From contig OX597814.1 of NCBI GenBank assembly GCA_951406725.2, forward strand, positions 120,218,001 to 120,282,000: a stretch of 64,000 bases of DNA, given 5' to 3'. The notes beneath the pieces are model-generated. The model saw only the letters and a program-made list of their open reading frames with translations, did no database searches and was not told where the DNA came from. A program made the translations under genes and the position numbers. This document shows positions 1 through 14,531 of this stretch, in pieces. The DNA comes from Octopus vulgaris (taxonomy: Eukaryota). Within the stretch, counting starts at the first letter, position 1. The number at the start of each line of letters is the position of its first letter.

Positions 1-724
1 CGTCCTTCAGCATGCTGTATGCTTGGGATGAGAAATTTAATTGTTGCCATTACTTCCTACCAGAAGAAGCAACAAAGCGTAAAAGATTCCCATGTATCAC
101 ACACAGATATTTCAGAGCATAAAAAAAAACTGCCGTTACTAGATTGATTTTCGTTCGTATTGTAGTAAGCTCAACGTACAATAAGAACAAGAAAAATAAC
201 TACTAGTTAATCTACGCAAATTCACAGTGCAATAACATATATCTAAACACATCTTTTTGTATCGAAAACAGCGGTATATTTTCATTTTGCTTTTTTCTTA
301 AATCACAGTATTCGAGTTTCTTAATATTATACAAATAAATAATGTTATAACTACATAAAATCTTTAGTGCGGCGAAGAAAATAGCTTACAGTATTTGCTC
401 ATATTCCTTAAAGCAAAATTTCAAATGACGCTGAAATGAAGCTTGCCATTGGAATGGAAAAAAAGAAGATTTATTGAAAAATTCTGATCAATATAATTAC
501 ATTAATGGCTGGTCTTCGGAGTATGTTAGAAAGCAGTTTTAAGCGACGAAAAATTGTGTTACTTAGAATTTGAGGATCATCATGATAAAACTTAGGAGTA
601 TTTCTCTATGATTACTTCCACTATATTTTGAAATTTCAGTCACACCATACACATAAACACACACACACACACACTCACTAGCAGATATCATAAACACACA
701 CACACACGTATAACCTGTATAAAT

Positions 725-734
<10 letters not shown>

Positions 735-788
<54 letters not shown>
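735..788. repeat. (TA)n microsatellite, representative of dozens of (TA)n/(CA)n/(TG)n tracts across the window
   Basis: Perfect dinucleotide run. These runs produce the [18 protein letters not shown] ORFs in the track. Confidence 0.98.
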
Positions 789-791
<3 letters not shown>

Positions 792-944
792 AAGATACTG
801 CGAAATCTTCGTCGTTCCGCTAATAAACCACCCTTCTTCCTGAAAGCTGATTGTGTGTGCGTGTGTGTGAGTGAGTGAGTGTGTGAATGTGTGTGTGTGT
901 GAGTGTCTGTATGTGAGGGTTCGTGTGGGAGTGTGTGTGTGTCT

Positions 945-1138
945 GTGTTGTCCCCCATTACCATTTGACAACGGTTTTCTTGAGTTTCAGACCCACCACG
1001 TAACTGAGTGACTCAGTGAGAGGGCTGATAGAATAAGTAAATAATTTTAGGGTTCATTCATTCGACTAATATTCTTCAAGGTGTTGCTCCAGCATGGCTG
1101 CAGTCTAAACAATCAAAGCAATAACAGAAAGAATAAAA
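945..1138 (+). mobile_element. SINE family A, degenerate 3' half
   Basis: ttgacaacgg...gatagaataagta...ttcgactaa...ggtgttgctccagcatggctgcagtc matches the 3' half of the copies at 7945-8335 and 51003-51407. Confidence 0.7.
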
Positions 1139-1204
1139 TACATACAAACGCAGCGGCGTGCATACACACACCCAAAGTCACTCAAACTTATCTACATTTA
1201 TATA

Positions 1205-1254
<50 letters not shown>

Positions 1255-1425
1255 GGGATGACCACTAAGTAGACATCCATTTTGCTAGAGATAGACCCCA
1301 TATAGTCTGACCACTAACAAAAGATTGTTCTCAAGAAAATTCAGCAAACGCCAGAACGTAAGCAAGCAAAACAAATGAAAAGATACAGAATTTGCGTACA
1401 CATATACATAAATATGTATATAAAC

Positions 1426-1492
<67 letters not shown>

Positions 1493-1733
1493 TGTGTGTA
1501 CGTGTGTGTGTAACATACGGTACAATTATAAACCCTTTCTCTGCAGACTGAAAAAAATTACGAACATCGTTAATAGATATTCGAACCTTATTGCGTTTGC
1601 TTCATTCTGACAGGCTCCAGAGAAACAAGCAGCCAACAAATAAAGTAGTTACTCCACGAAGGAGTCACTATTAATACCAGCGTCCTGTCAACGGGGATCT
1701 TAGTCCACAAATATATGTTAGTGTCTGTGTGTG

Positions 1734-1816
<83 letters not shown>

Positions 1817-2065
1817 CAGTAGAAATATGTTACGAAAAGAAAATATAAGATGCACGTGGAATTGTAAGGGTAAAATATGAAAAATCAACGAAAAGGCATA
1901 TTGCAAATATAAAAAGGCTACTTATGACAAGTAGTGACAAATATATACATTTAGATTGACTGAGGTAGTAATACGAGTCATAAAGTTCATTATTATGAGG
2001 TGATAATAAAGTAAGTGAACAATTTACGCGATATTACATCGTTATAATTATATATATACTTTTAT

Positions 2066-2116
2066 AACCAAGTCTTGTGAGTGGATTTCGTCGATGGAAA
2101 CTGAAAGAAGCACGTC

Positions 2117-2151
<35 letters not shown>

Positions 2152-2352
2152 ACGATATATATGTGTATGTTTGTGTGTCTGTGTTTATCCAACACGATGT
2201 TAGTGTGTTTATGTCCGTGTAAATTTGCGGTTTGGTAACAGAGAATAGAATAAGTTTTAGGCTTACAAAGAATAAATGTTCGGGTCTACTTGTTCGGTTG
2301 CAGGAGGTGTTACTGCATGGTCATCGTCAAATGACTGAAATAAGTAAAAGAA
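2066..2352 (+). mobile_element. SINE family A, 5'-truncated copy with internal TA tract
   Basis: ttgtgagtggattt...ggaaactgaaagaagc, then (TA)n, then gcatggtcatcgtcaaatgactgaaa. Same layout as other family A copies. Confidence 0.75.
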
Positions 2353-4199
2353 TTTATATATTTGTATGTATGTAATACGTGTTTTCTGCACACTTATGTA
2401 TAATACATGTAAGAGCATGTGAAGCTATTTCAGTGTAGCATGCATCTAATTGTGAATTATCTTCCCGATTAAAGCTGTCATATATGAAGCAGAATGAATT
2501 CACATTTTACCGATAAATATCTGTATATCAATTTGCAAATGCTCGACATCACTTTGGTAAAAACATGCATTATTGTTTTATGTATATTTGTAAAGCAGCA
2601 TTATTCGGCTTCTCCATTACCTCTGTAAGTTGCTTAAAAAAAAAAGTTTTCTATAAAATTGTATTTACGAACATGCCGTTATATACATGCGTGTGTATGT
2701 GTCTCTGTGTGTATGTGTGTGTAGGAGTGTTAGACTACGCGTGTTGATACGTTGATTTATAGACGGATGAAGTAATCCACGCTAACAAAACGATGAGTAT
2801 TGTAAGGTAAGCAATGATGCCAATATATAAATTTCGAACGTGTTAAGAGAAAGTGAAAGGAGATTTTTATAAGAAACAATCTGTTTACACAGAAACATAC
2901 ACACACACACACGCATGTATATATATATATTTTTTACATTTTATTCAAATATGACGTTATATATGTGTGTATGAACGTGTGTGTGCGCGCGTGCGCGCGT
3001 GTTTTAAGTATTGGGGATGTGGGTTGAGTTATTGTCCATAGATGGAATTTATAAATATTTTAAGGCAACGCTACGCGCATTCCCACTTGTTTCTTAAGAT
3101 CATAGACCGTATTCCTGGAATGATTACATTATAGTCTTTAGTATCCATGCACATCGGGAGAATGATATTCATGCGTACATTACTTCGGGTGACATAAAAT
3201 TGACGGATGTATAACAGAGAGTAGTTTATCAATTTTGACCAATGAAAGGGTTGATGAATGTATGTGGGTTGTACGGTGTGTATTTGGTGGGCATGAGTGG
3301 AAGAGAGAAAAGTATGGTAGTTATAAAGTAGATGGAGGCGTGTGTGTTGATGTTAGACTCAATTCGATAAGTGAGTATAATCATTATTATGACTATATTT
3401 ATCCTACATTATATTGGCACATCTTAGTGCCGCTTTGTATCATTAGGGTGTAGCCGGCATAAAGAAATAACAGCCTTTATATACATATTCAAAATGTTTA
3501 CTGTAAACGAATTTACAGGACATGTATGTATGCATGTATGCAAGTATATATATATATATATATATATGTAAGTATATCCCAAAATACATATATGTGATTG
3601 TGTGCGTGTATAGAACTGTATAGAAGCGATGCGATTGGTTTCTTGTCCATTTCTTTCGTACTATCTGTTCTACTATTACAATTGTTTGAATCTTTCACGG
3701 TTTCTTTTGTGAATTCCTTCCGACGATAAATTTGTATGCAACAGTGAGAAAAGTATCTTCAGCGACGGGACACTGAATGTCAATATAGCAAATTAAAGTT
3801 ACGTAAAATTGGTATTCGTTCAATGTGTATTTTGAAATATGTGTAATACTTAACTACCTACTCCATTATTTTCAGCTACAAGTCCAAGGTGTTATGTATA
3901 AAAAAAGAACAATAGGACAGCAATGACAACACTCTTTTACCTAAACCCAGTCGCATAAGAATGGCCACTGAAAATGTGATCATATTGGCGGTGCTCCTGC
4001 ATGGCCACATACATTAGGCTAAAAGATATCATTATTTTTTAAATGATCAGCATTTGTTCTATCGTTGCAATGTTCTGGAATTTTGCAGTAGCAATGAAAT
4101 TCGATAAGGGACAGAATGCATAGAGTCAAACCAGCAATCTATAGCACGATCATATAGGATTTCTGTTATGCATGCCTATGTGTGTGTATCCGCAGACAT

Positions 4200-4244
<45 letters not shown>

Positions 4245-4428
4245 CGTATAGATACATGTATACATATGCATATATATATTTACATATGCATATATGCATG
4301 TAGAACATATGTGTATATGTATGTATACACATATGTATATATGTTTATATATACGGTGTTGTATCAGCATGACCGCAGCTATGAACTGAAACTACAGCAA
4401 AAAAATATATATATATATATATGTAGCA

Positions 4429-4470
<42 letters not shown>

Positions 4471-4724
4471 CATTTAAGCATATATAAGTAAATCCTGCAT
4501 ACACACAATTGACGGTCTTAGAGTAGCCATATAAGAGTAGTTCGGATATCTTAGCTGCTAATAATTGTGAAGGGCACAATTTGTCGGTGAAATACTAGCA
4601 GATGTTTCTACACCTCGATCTTACTTCAACGTATAAAAAATAACAAGCTTTGAAACGGACGTATAGTCGGTAAACTCATCAGGATTTACCTTTGCTTACC
4701 TTGGCTGTGACAGGCAGTAGGTTA

Positions 4725-5065
4725 ATTATTTCAGTCATTAGACGCTGGCCATGCTAGTGCACTGCATTGAAAAATATTAGCGAAGCGAATCGACTCGACT
4801 CCAGTGCGTATTGCTTAAAATCTGGGACTTACATTATGTTTAGCCGTTTCGGGGTAGTAAACAGACCAGCACCGTTTGTGGAGTGATAGTGGGACAAAAC
4901 ACTGACACGAAGACACATACACGAAGTTATGTACAATGGACTTTCTGCTTCGATATAATTATTTCAATCACAGTTAGAAGTCACTTCCCCGATGTATCAC
5001 ACAGAAGAAATGAAACCTGGAAACATGTGGCTCCGAAGCGAGAACAATTAGTCAACCAAGAGTGA
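4725..5065 (-). mobile_element. SINE family A, old degenerate copy
   Basis: tttcagtcatt...ggccatgctag (reverse tail), and an accagcaccgtttg...gggacaaaacac segment resembling the 51003-51407 copy. Confidence 0.55.
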
Positions 5066-5295
5066 AATGAATATCTTTTCATAAACGCCTTATTTGAATG
5101 TGAGCTACAATATGTTTCAGGCTCCGAGAATGCAGTGGTCGGATGAGTTCTTATTCGAAATCAAAAGATTGCAGTAGATGCATACTGCAGATGCTCTTCC
5201 GTTTATTGTACCAAGGAACATTGAACTTATGATAGCTTAAAATTAATATACTTTATACACTCGCATGCACAAGAACATTCACACACAAAACGTAC

Positions 5296-5337
<42 letters not shown>

Positions 5338-6104
5338 AAGAAAGAAGCACAGGCATACGTGTAAGACTATATTATAAACGGTAGGCCAATGTGGTGAGTA
5401 TCACACAGCATAATATACACACATAAAACACACACACACATACGCATACGTATATATACATAGGTACATACATACATACAAACATACATATATACATACA
5501 TACATATAGATTGAGAACTGAGTCGATTTTGATTTTTGAGGCATTTCAGTTCACTGGAAAGGCAAATGCCTTTTATGTATATAACCGTATTATATCCGAG
5601 GAGATTAGTTATTTTCTAACAGTACGATTACAACCAAGCCACTTCATTTGATCTATATATTACTGCTGATAAAATGTGGATTTAGATATCCAATAAATAC
5701 ATATTCTCTTTTGATACTTCAAAGACCAAGTGCGCCTAGAAAGTTTTGGTCAAGATAACTTGATATTGTAATTCTTTCATATATTGCTTTTCTCAAATTG
5801 AAAGTCATGTATTTGCACTTACTCTATAGTAATTGGAAGAAGAAAGATGTGGCTTTCAAGTTCAAATCCAGAATTTGGTGTTTCGATCTCTTAGGCAATT
5901 TATTGGTATTAAAGCGTGACAGAATGGTAACAGGAATTGCTGCATATATATTATATATATGCTATTTTATATATCTCCCCATAGAATCAAATGCATGTAA
6001 AAACACACTCACATACACACACAAGCAAATACATGAAAATACGTATGCATATACATATACCAACACATACATCGACACTTACATGCATATCTAAATATAT
6101 ACAT

Positions 6105-6163
<59 letters not shown>

Positions 6164-6166
6164 TAC

Positions 6167-6201
<35 letters not shown>

Positions 6202-7239
6202 GATATATAGATATATACATATATACATATACCTACATGGATGCATATAAATACACAAACATATATATATGTATATATATATGCTCATATAAATGCATAC
6301 ATATACATACATATATATAAATACTTATACACATATTTCTATAGATATATACACACATTTATGTGTGTATATATATATATATATATATAAATATGTGTTT
6401 TTGCTACGTTATACTGCCTTACATGTACACACGTGCACACGCATACACATACATTCAGTCACTCACTGACACACATACATCCACCCACTCACACGTATAC
6501 AACACACACACACACACGCATACATACATGCACACACCACGAAACTAAGACAGGCGGTTTTACAATGTAGGAGCTTGAATACTTTTAACTATTAATATAC
6601 AATATAATTCATGATCAAAATGCTTCTAGATTACAATAATTTAATGAAAATTCCAAAAGAGAATCTATGAAACTTATATACTTTCTATGACGTAGATTAA
6701 TCATCTCCCTGTTTTAGGATTTGTTTTAAGAAAAAAAAATATGTTCTACACCAATTTTTCGCAAATCTGCTAGTAAATTAAAATCGGCTTTTACATTAAA
6801 CGCATCATTTTACCATTTGGGTTCTGGTATCTAGTTCTCTATAATTTGTCGGGATTAACATTGCCTTTCGCGAATTGCCAATGAGGGCGGTGTTATCTCG
6901 AAATTGTTAAAGCGTCGGTGAGGATACATTTGAATATTTCTTGCGATGTGTTACAATTGAGTTCACTCACCATTACGGCGTACATGTGAGGTATTTGTCT
7001 AGCTGTTTAACATGGCAGTTGTCATTAGCGGTGTCTACTCTCCTGCAAAATGGTGAAAAGTTTCTCGTCAAAACAGTTTCTAGTCAAAATTTAACCCCTC
7101 TTTCCGCTATTAGATTCATTGTCGTCAACGACCTGTGAAGATGTTGTGCTGCGTTTCCAATTACATACATATATACTGACGTACACAAACACGCACAAAT
7201 TTATGTTCGTATTTATTATTGTTCGGGCATTTTGCAAGT

Positions 7240-7366
7240 CAAAGAGCTGGCAGAACATTTAGTACGCCGACCAAACAGCTTCGCAGTATTTTGCCAGTTT
7301 TTACGTTCCATGTTCCAATTTCGCCGCGGCTGAATTTGCCTTCCTTTCAACTTTTTGAAGTCGAAA
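7240..7366 (+). mobile_element. SINE family B, 5' part, interrupted by an HHR element
   Basis: gagctggcagaacatttagtacgccg...tttgccttcctttc...gtcga aligns with 33540-33665. Confidence 0.7.
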
Positions 7367-7384
7367 CCACGGATACGGATACTA

Positions 7385-7427
7385 CACACGGACCGGTTTC
7401 GAGGTTATTGCCACTTGTCAACGTATG
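7385..7427 (-). ncRNA. Minimal type I hammerhead ribozyme (inverted copy, one stem II mismatch)
   Basis: Minus strand: catacg-TTGACAA-gtgg caataa cctc-GAAA-ccgg-TC-cgtgtg. Confidence 0.7.
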
Positions 7428-7723
7428 GTAAGCACCGCTCTTCGTTGAGGGACTTCGTCTACGAGATGGTGTCAGCTCTTCTGGTGACGTTGATGTTCGC
7501 CTGGGGCTAAATGCATCAGTAACACCACCACCACCCCGCCCTGACCCTAGCCACATTCAGATGGCTGATCCCCCTTATGTTATAGAGCAGTTACTGTTTA
7601 TATCTCGCTCAGAGATTTATTATTGTTTTCGAACAGATTTTCTACGCCAGTGACTGTGGTTACTGTGAAAAGTCTATATATCCAGCCTGTAGAGGAAGTC
7701 CCTCAACGAAGAGCGGTGCTTAC

Positions 7724-7766
7724 CATACGTTGACAAGAGGCAATAACCTCGAAACCGGTCCGTGTG
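7724..7766 (+). ncRNA. Minimal type I hammerhead ribozyme, U3-A8 core variant
   Basis: Stem I catacg/cgtgtg, core TTGACAA, stem II gagg/cctc, GAAA, palindromic stem III accggt, GUC site. Confidence 0.8.
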
Positions 7767-7944
7767 TAGTATCCGTATCTTCGGGTAGGCTGATCTCCCT
7801 TTGCAGGGTTCTTTTTAAATAGAAAAAATAATTTTTTACACCAAGTTTTGGAACCAAATAGGTGGGACACAGGCGCACAAAGTGAGTAATCTTTATTTTC
7901 TTTTTTGAACAAAGTAAATAAATTATATTTCTAAACAAACTTAC

Positions 7945-8335
7945 GAACAACATGGTTCTCGGTTCAGTCCCACTACGTGGCACCTTGGGCAAGTGTCTTC
8001 TGTTATAGCCTGGGGCCGACCCGGGCCTTTTGATTGGATTTGGTAGACAGAAACTGAAAGCAACCTGTCGTGTATATATATATACATATATATTTATGTG
8101 TGTGTGTGTGTGTATGTATGTATGGGTGTGTGTGTATGAGTGTGTGTGTGTGTATGTTTTGTCCCCCACCATCGCTTGACAACCGATGCTGGTGTATTTA
8201 CCGGTTCGGCATGAGACACCGATACAATAAGTACTGTGTTTACAAAGATTAAGTCATGGGGTCGATTTGCTCGACTAATGGCGGTGCTTTAGCATGGCCA
8301 CAGTCAAATGACTCAAACAAGTAAAAGAGTTAAAG
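7945..8335 (+). mobile_element. SINE family A, near full length
   Basis: B-box-like ggttcagtccc, caccttgggcaagtgtcttc central domain, internal TA/TG tract, tail ggcggtgctttagcatggccacagtcaaatgactcaaac. Confidence 0.85.
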
Positions 8336-9935
8336 AGAAAATGAGTATACTAATGGTCAAAATTATATGCTCTTCTACTGTGCAGACATGTTTCCAAAAT
8401 TTTAAGCCCTGAGCTCTATTAATATCTCATCGGATGCGGTACATAAATCACTCAAGTACGAGTCGATTATCCTTCTATTGCATCTAAATAGAGAAAACTG
8501 CTGGCCTTGCTTAATTTAGAAAAAAACGATTATTTGTATAGTGAGTAATATTACATTAATTTATTGAATATCTTTGTCCCGAGTTGGTCATTCGATCGTT
8601 TAAACTCACATGCGTGACGCGAAACGAGCCTAAATGAAACGGATTACAAAACGATCTTAAGCATGTTTAGGGTATATTACGTGAATCATATTTTCTGTGT
8701 GGTTATTTTAGAACTCGTGATACTGTTGATCAAAATGCCTGTCGAGTTTTGGCATATTCTTTACGTTTCAAAATCAGATAACTCCCAAATCAAAACCCTT
8801 TCTGATAATCCTCATTGCTAGTAGAGAATTTGATCGATATAATTGACGGATCCCTTCGTATATTTCTATTTAATAATAGTAATAGTAGTTGAAATAATGA
8901 TACGCTATATGCTTTCGGTTATCACCCACTGCTTTATCTGCTTAATTTCATGTTTCATATATTTTTAACGTAAATTTAAATGTGAAATTGTTACATTCCA
9001 AATATTTCTTTGGCATATGTCAGAAAATATACTCCAAGGTTTAATATTAATTTACGAATATGTGCTCAGGCAGGGGAATATATTACATTGAATGTGCCAG
9101 GCAAGCAATTCTAGGAACAACAGCTTAAAATCAGACACATTTGGAGAATGATAATTTAATTCCATGCTATCTTGTTACTATAGCAATAGCGCTTGAGGTA
9201 CATATGTATAAATATGCGTAAATCTTCCATGACTACCTAAAATAGGCTAGGAATATTCTATATTAAACACTTATATTCTCTGAGTGCATATGCGCTTGTA
9301 AATCATTATTTAATTGGAACCTTAGAAACTTTACTTAAAATCATTTCTGATAAATTGAACACAACATATTCATTTAAAACGCAGATTTCCGGGTCTTATA
9401 TTAATAACATTTCAACATGTTGGGTAGCTTTCAACATGTATCTAATTTAAGTTATTGAAGCAAACACTTATAATTTGGTCGGTTTCTTCTGAAAGCATAC
9501 AGGATTATATTGGCAATCCTAAGAAAAATCTTGATTGAGTTAATAAACATAATTACCATCATTAATGTGTAATGATAGCTACCAGAAGATGATTCAAGAG
9601 TGATATTAATATTTTTATTACTATTGATATTATTATTTTTATAATCATAATTAATATTATTTTCGGTAGTAGTATTTATAATAGCTTTAATTCAGTAAAT
9701 CCATGCGTTTATCATCAGTGTGTAAAGTCAATAATCTGTTGAAGTAGCACTTTTCACTTCGTTTTCGTTGTTCGTACAAGTCATATTACTTGTAATCTTA
9801 AATCAAGATAGCGATCACCAGCTGAGTTATGGCATTAGCTTCGTTAGTTTCATTTTCTAGTGACTGGTGTCTCTGTAGTATTAATATTTCCAACTTCTTT
9901 CCACGTGGATTGCAAATTTGATAGTATAGAGCAAT

Positions 9936-9973
<38 letters not shown>

Positions 9974-10055
9974 GGTCCCGGGTTGAGTCGGAGTTAACCA
10001 CAGTAAATAAGGTACTCAGTACATAGCAGAGTAAAGTAATTTATTTTATAGAAGG

Positions 10056-10106
10056 AGCTTCTACAGGACTAGAACTGTTTCATTCAGATGAAATCTTCAG
10101 GAAGCT
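10056..10106 (-). ncRNA. Type I hammerhead ribozyme
   Basis: Minus strand: agcttc-CTGAAGA-t ttca tc tgaa t-GAAA-cag ttctagtc ctg-TA-gaagct. Perfect 6-bp stem I and 4-bp stem III. Confidence 0.8.
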
Positions 10107-10848
10107 GGCTGTCAAAATAAGTTCTGGTATTTATGCATTTAGGCAGATTAAATGGAGTGAGGTGGGGGACGTTTTTTAGGTAGGTTGGTATTTAGGAGAT
10201 AAACAGGGCACAAGCTATTGTTCTTAGGGGAGTGGTCAAAAGGCCATAGTGTTTTTTGAAATGAGAAGAATCAGTGAGAAAATAAATATATGAATAAATA
10301 GAATAAATGAATGGAAGCAGATATATGGGATGGGATTTTAGGTGAATTAGAAGACAATTGCTTTTTGGTGGTCAAGAAGAGGTGGGCAGTTTCTTATTGT
10401 TAGGTGGAGGGAATAAATAGATAAATATACATGAAAAAACATATAAAATAAATATACATACAAACACACATACATACACATGCGAATATACATATGTATA
10501 CATACATACGCACATATATATACATACATACACATACATATATATATACATACACACACACACATATATATATATATACATATACATGTACATACATGCA
10601 CCTACATACATACACACACGCACATATATGTATATATATATATATATATATACACATACAAATACACATAATTATACATACATAAATATACCTACGTACA
10701 TATAAACATATACATAATTATGTATATATAAACACATACATAAATATTCATATGTACACACAAACACACACATAAATATATACACGCATATATAAACACA
10801 TATGCACATATAAAAACATATAGAAACATATAAAAACATATAAAAGCC

Positions 10849-10899
10849 AGCTTCCTGAAGATTTCATCTGAATGAAACAGTTCTAGTCCTGTAGAAGGT
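10849..10899 (+). ncRNA. Type I hammerhead ribozyme (second arm)
   Basis: agcttc-CTGAAGA-tttcatctgaat-GAAA-cagttctagtcctg-TA-gaaggt, with one stem I mismatch. Confidence 0.75.
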
Positions 10900-10909
10900 C
10901 CTTCTATAA

Positions 10910-11081
<172 letters not shown>

Positions 11082-11083
11082 GT

Positions 11084-11390
11084 GGAGGCGCAATGGCCCA
11101 GTGGTTGGGATGGTGGACTCGCGGTCGTAGGATCGCGGTTTCGATCCCCAGACAGTGCCTTGTGAATGTTTATTGAGCTAGAACACCTAAAGCTCCACGA
11201 GTCTTCGACATGGGTGGTGGCGATCCCTGCTGTTCTCTTTCGCCGCGACTTTCACTCATTCTTTTTTCTGTTGGCTTGCTCGCTTAGCCAGCGGGGTGGC
11301 GTCATTTGGAGGCTAAAAGAATGCGAAGCGCATTGTGACCAGCGATGTGTAGCAACATATGATAGCCTCGTCGGTCCCGTGATCATGTGA
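11084..11390 (+). mobile_element. tRNA-derived SINE, family C
   Basis: ggaggcgcaatggcccagtggtt (A box) ... ggtttcgatccc (B box), followed by a ~220-bp non-tRNA body ending at a TA tract. Confidence 0.75.
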
Positions 11391-11600
11391 TATATATATA
11401 TATATATATATACATATATACATGTATACTGTGTGGCAACGTTAAATAAAGATTTGTATAAATACAAACGTATTATTAGTTCAAATATGCTTAAGGCAAA
11501 TTTGAGTGTCTTTATTACGGGTTCGAATATGCCTCAATCATATTTGAAATTAAAACAATTTTATATATCTATATGTATGTATATTAAGTATCTATGTATA

Positions 11601-11653
<53 letters not shown>

Positions 11654-11675
11654 CGGTTGTGTGTGTGAAAGTGAG

Positions 11676-11912
11676 TTTTTTGTTCGCCTGTATATTTAGT
11701 ATATATTCGTTTGTTAATTTACTACACGTATTTTATATACTACACGTATATTATATTAGATTTGGATTTATTCCCTAATATTTATTATATATATAATTTT
11801 TGTTCGCCTGTATATTTAGTATATATTCGTTTGTTAATTTACTACACGTTTTTATATACTACACGTATATTATATTAGATTTGGATTTATTCCCTAATAT
11901 TTATTATATATA
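11676..11912. repeat. Tandem duplication, ~120-bp unit x2
   Basis: tgttcgcctgtatatttagt... starts at 11681 and again at 11801. Confidence 0.92.
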
Positions 11913-11916
11913 TACA

Positions 11917-11984
<68 letters not shown>

Positions 11985-12037
11985 ATATTTTCCGTTTATT
12001 GTCTTTTTATTTAATTCTGAAAAGAAACATATCAAAT

Positions 12038-12706
12038 AACTCCAGAATATGTAGAGATGGACAAGAAACAATAAATCATATTATCTCTTGCTGTCCAGTC
12101 CTGGCTAAGAAGGAATATACTCACAGACACGACAGGGTTGGGACCTACATACACTGGAAGCTATGACATGACTATTGAAAAACAATAGAAAAATGATCGC
12201 CAGAAAAAAGACACAGAAAAGGAAAAAGCAACCATACTCTAGGATATGTTAAAACACACAAACAGAGAAATTAAGGACAGTAAGCCAGATTTATTTGTCA
12301 GAAATCACGAAGAAAAGTAAAATGCTTCCTAATTGATGTATCAATACCAACAGATGACAACACGTCTCTAAAAGAAATGGAGAAACTTTCAAAATATAAA
12401 GACCTGGAAATAAAGATAACTTGAATGTTGAGTCTAAAAATAGAAACGATTCCTATCATAGTGGGAGCATTAGGTATGATAGAAAAATATTCAGACAAAT
12501 ACATAACAAAAACACCAGGACCAACAAATATACATAGCATAGAGTAAATAGCACTACTAGGTACTGCACACATCCTACGTAAAACATTTTCAGTACAGTA
12601 ACCACAAGAGCATTACAGTAAACCACAACAAATGCCCAAGTCACATAGAGCTGTGCTCGGTAGTGCAGTGAAAGCACGTTATAAAAATAAGACTACTCAA
12701 TAATAA
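12038..12706 (+). mobile_element. R4/Dong-like non-LTR retrotransposon 3' end (CCHC zinc knuckle + restriction-like endonuclease), pseudogenised
   Basis: Reads RICRDGQETINHIISCCPVLAKKEYTHRHDRVG...KPDLFV...FLIDVSIPTDDNTSLKEMEKLSKYKDL...IPIIVGALG...LLGTAHILRK with stops/frameshifts. Ends in taataat. Confidence 0.9.
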
Positions 12707-12894
12707 TCTTTTACTTGTTTCAGTCATTTGACTGTGGACATGCTGAAGCACTGCCTTTAGTCGAGCAAATCGACGCCAGGACTTCTTCTATCGGTCTCTT
12801 TTGCCGAACCGCTAATTTACGGGGACGTAAACATCGGTTGTCAAGCAATGTTGGGGGGACAAACACAGACACACAAACATATACACACACGTAC

Positions 12895-12895
<1 letters not shown>
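12707..12895 (-). mobile_element. SINE family A, 3' half (split copy)
   Basis: tgtttcagtcatttgactgtggacatgctg...ttttgccgaaccgctaa...catcggttgtcaagc matches 51025-51200. Confidence 0.85.
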
Positions 12896-12959
<64 letters not shown>

Positions 12960-12962
<3 letters not shown>

Positions 12963-13280
12963 ATGATAATATTAAGGAGTAAATCCAAACTTACAGGGAA
13001 AAATTAGATTTAGGATTAAATCTAATTTTATAGTATAAATATATATTATATTAAATTAGAGATAAAACCACTATTAGGCAAATCAAACAGTGAAAATCAT
13101 AAGCCAATACATAGAAATAAAATTAATTTAAAAAATTTATAAAAAATATAAAATATAAAATATAAAATTCCAAATTAAAATATTTAAATTAAACTTAACA
13201 TTTTGAAAATATTTAAATTAAACTTAACATTTTGAAAATATTTAAATTATTAATTTAAACTTATAAATTTTAAATATATG

Positions 13281-13331
<51 letters not shown>

Positions 13332-14510
13332 ATTATTATTATTATTATTATTCTATTTTATTTATGTATTTATTTATTTTATTTATTTATTTATTTATTT
13401 TTATTAAATTTTATAACTATCAAAAAGTATTAAAAGTTTAATATAAGATAAAGAGTAAAAACACTACGTTCGATTCATGCCCGTAACCAATTCGAATAAC
13501 AATAATTTAAATTCAATTAATAATTCGAATTATGGTTACAGTCAATCTTCATGTTAACTGTAATATTTTAATAAATAATCAGAAATATTTAAACAATATT
13601 TTTAAATAAAATAATTTTTCTTATAAAAATCTCTATTATCAAACTAGAAACTTAACGATTATGATTATGTCAAAACATCGATTATAATGTTAAATATTAA
13701 TTTTAATTTTTAAGTATTAACTTTTAAGGTAAGAAACCCATCAATAATCTAATACCAGTAATAGTCAATATCTAATTACATAAATATTTTACAAAAAAAT
13801 GACTATTCATATTATTAAAAATATAAAATTTAAATAATATATAAATTATCAATTAAAATATATAAATGCATATAAATATTATAATTAAGATCTAAAATAA
13901 TCTCTATAAATAAATATATATGCACATATAATAAAGACCTAATAAATTAATTTTTTATATTTAAAGATGAAATAGGTTATTTCAAAAATACAAACAAACA
14001 ATCTTAAACGAACGCTATAGCAAATTAACTATCTTTATATCTCGTTGGCTAAATAATAACTTTCAAAAATATATTTAAAATACTTAAAGAAATAATCAAT
14101 TCGTAGTTATATAGTATCAAATAAATACTATAAATATATTTATCCATTGGAATAATAAAACTAGCAAATATCAATTTAAAAAGACAATATATAAGTTAAA
14201 ATAATAATTATGAGAAATTTATAACTAAAATTAATGCTATTAATACATGTATATACATAAAACCTAACTTTAAACAACTCGTATACTTGCTATCAAACAA
14301 CATATCTATCGCTAAGTAAATTCTTACAAATAAACTAATAGTTAATATCTAATGATTATATAGAAAATTACGATAATTAGATCATTACATAAACAACGAT
14401 ATTTACATAAAAAACAATAATATTACACCATAAGGCTTATGAAATATTAACATTTAAAATTTAAAGATCTTACATATAAATATATACTTAGTTTAGCGAG
14501 GTTTTGTGAT
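12960..14510 (-). mobile_element. Extremely AT-rich insert in the SINE's internal TA tract, probably a decayed PLE-type fragment
   Basis: Separates two halves of one SINE, starts at (TA)n, and contains a short tandem repeat near 13177-13250. No clean protein motif recovered. Confidence 0.4.
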
Positions 14511-14531
14511 GAACATATATATACATATATA

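Larger units (their letters stand above)
7372..7805 (+). mobile_element. Retrozyme-like non-coding HHR element (357-nt family) with inverted arm
   Basis: 7372-7462 is the reverse complement of 7689-7779. Internal blocks are shared with 42698-43076 in circularly permuted order. Confidence 0.75.

Noticed and set aside
11084-11155. tRNA gene
   Set aside because: Degenerate cloverleaf fused to a SINE body. The same applies to the heads at ~51335-51407 and ~49560-49625.
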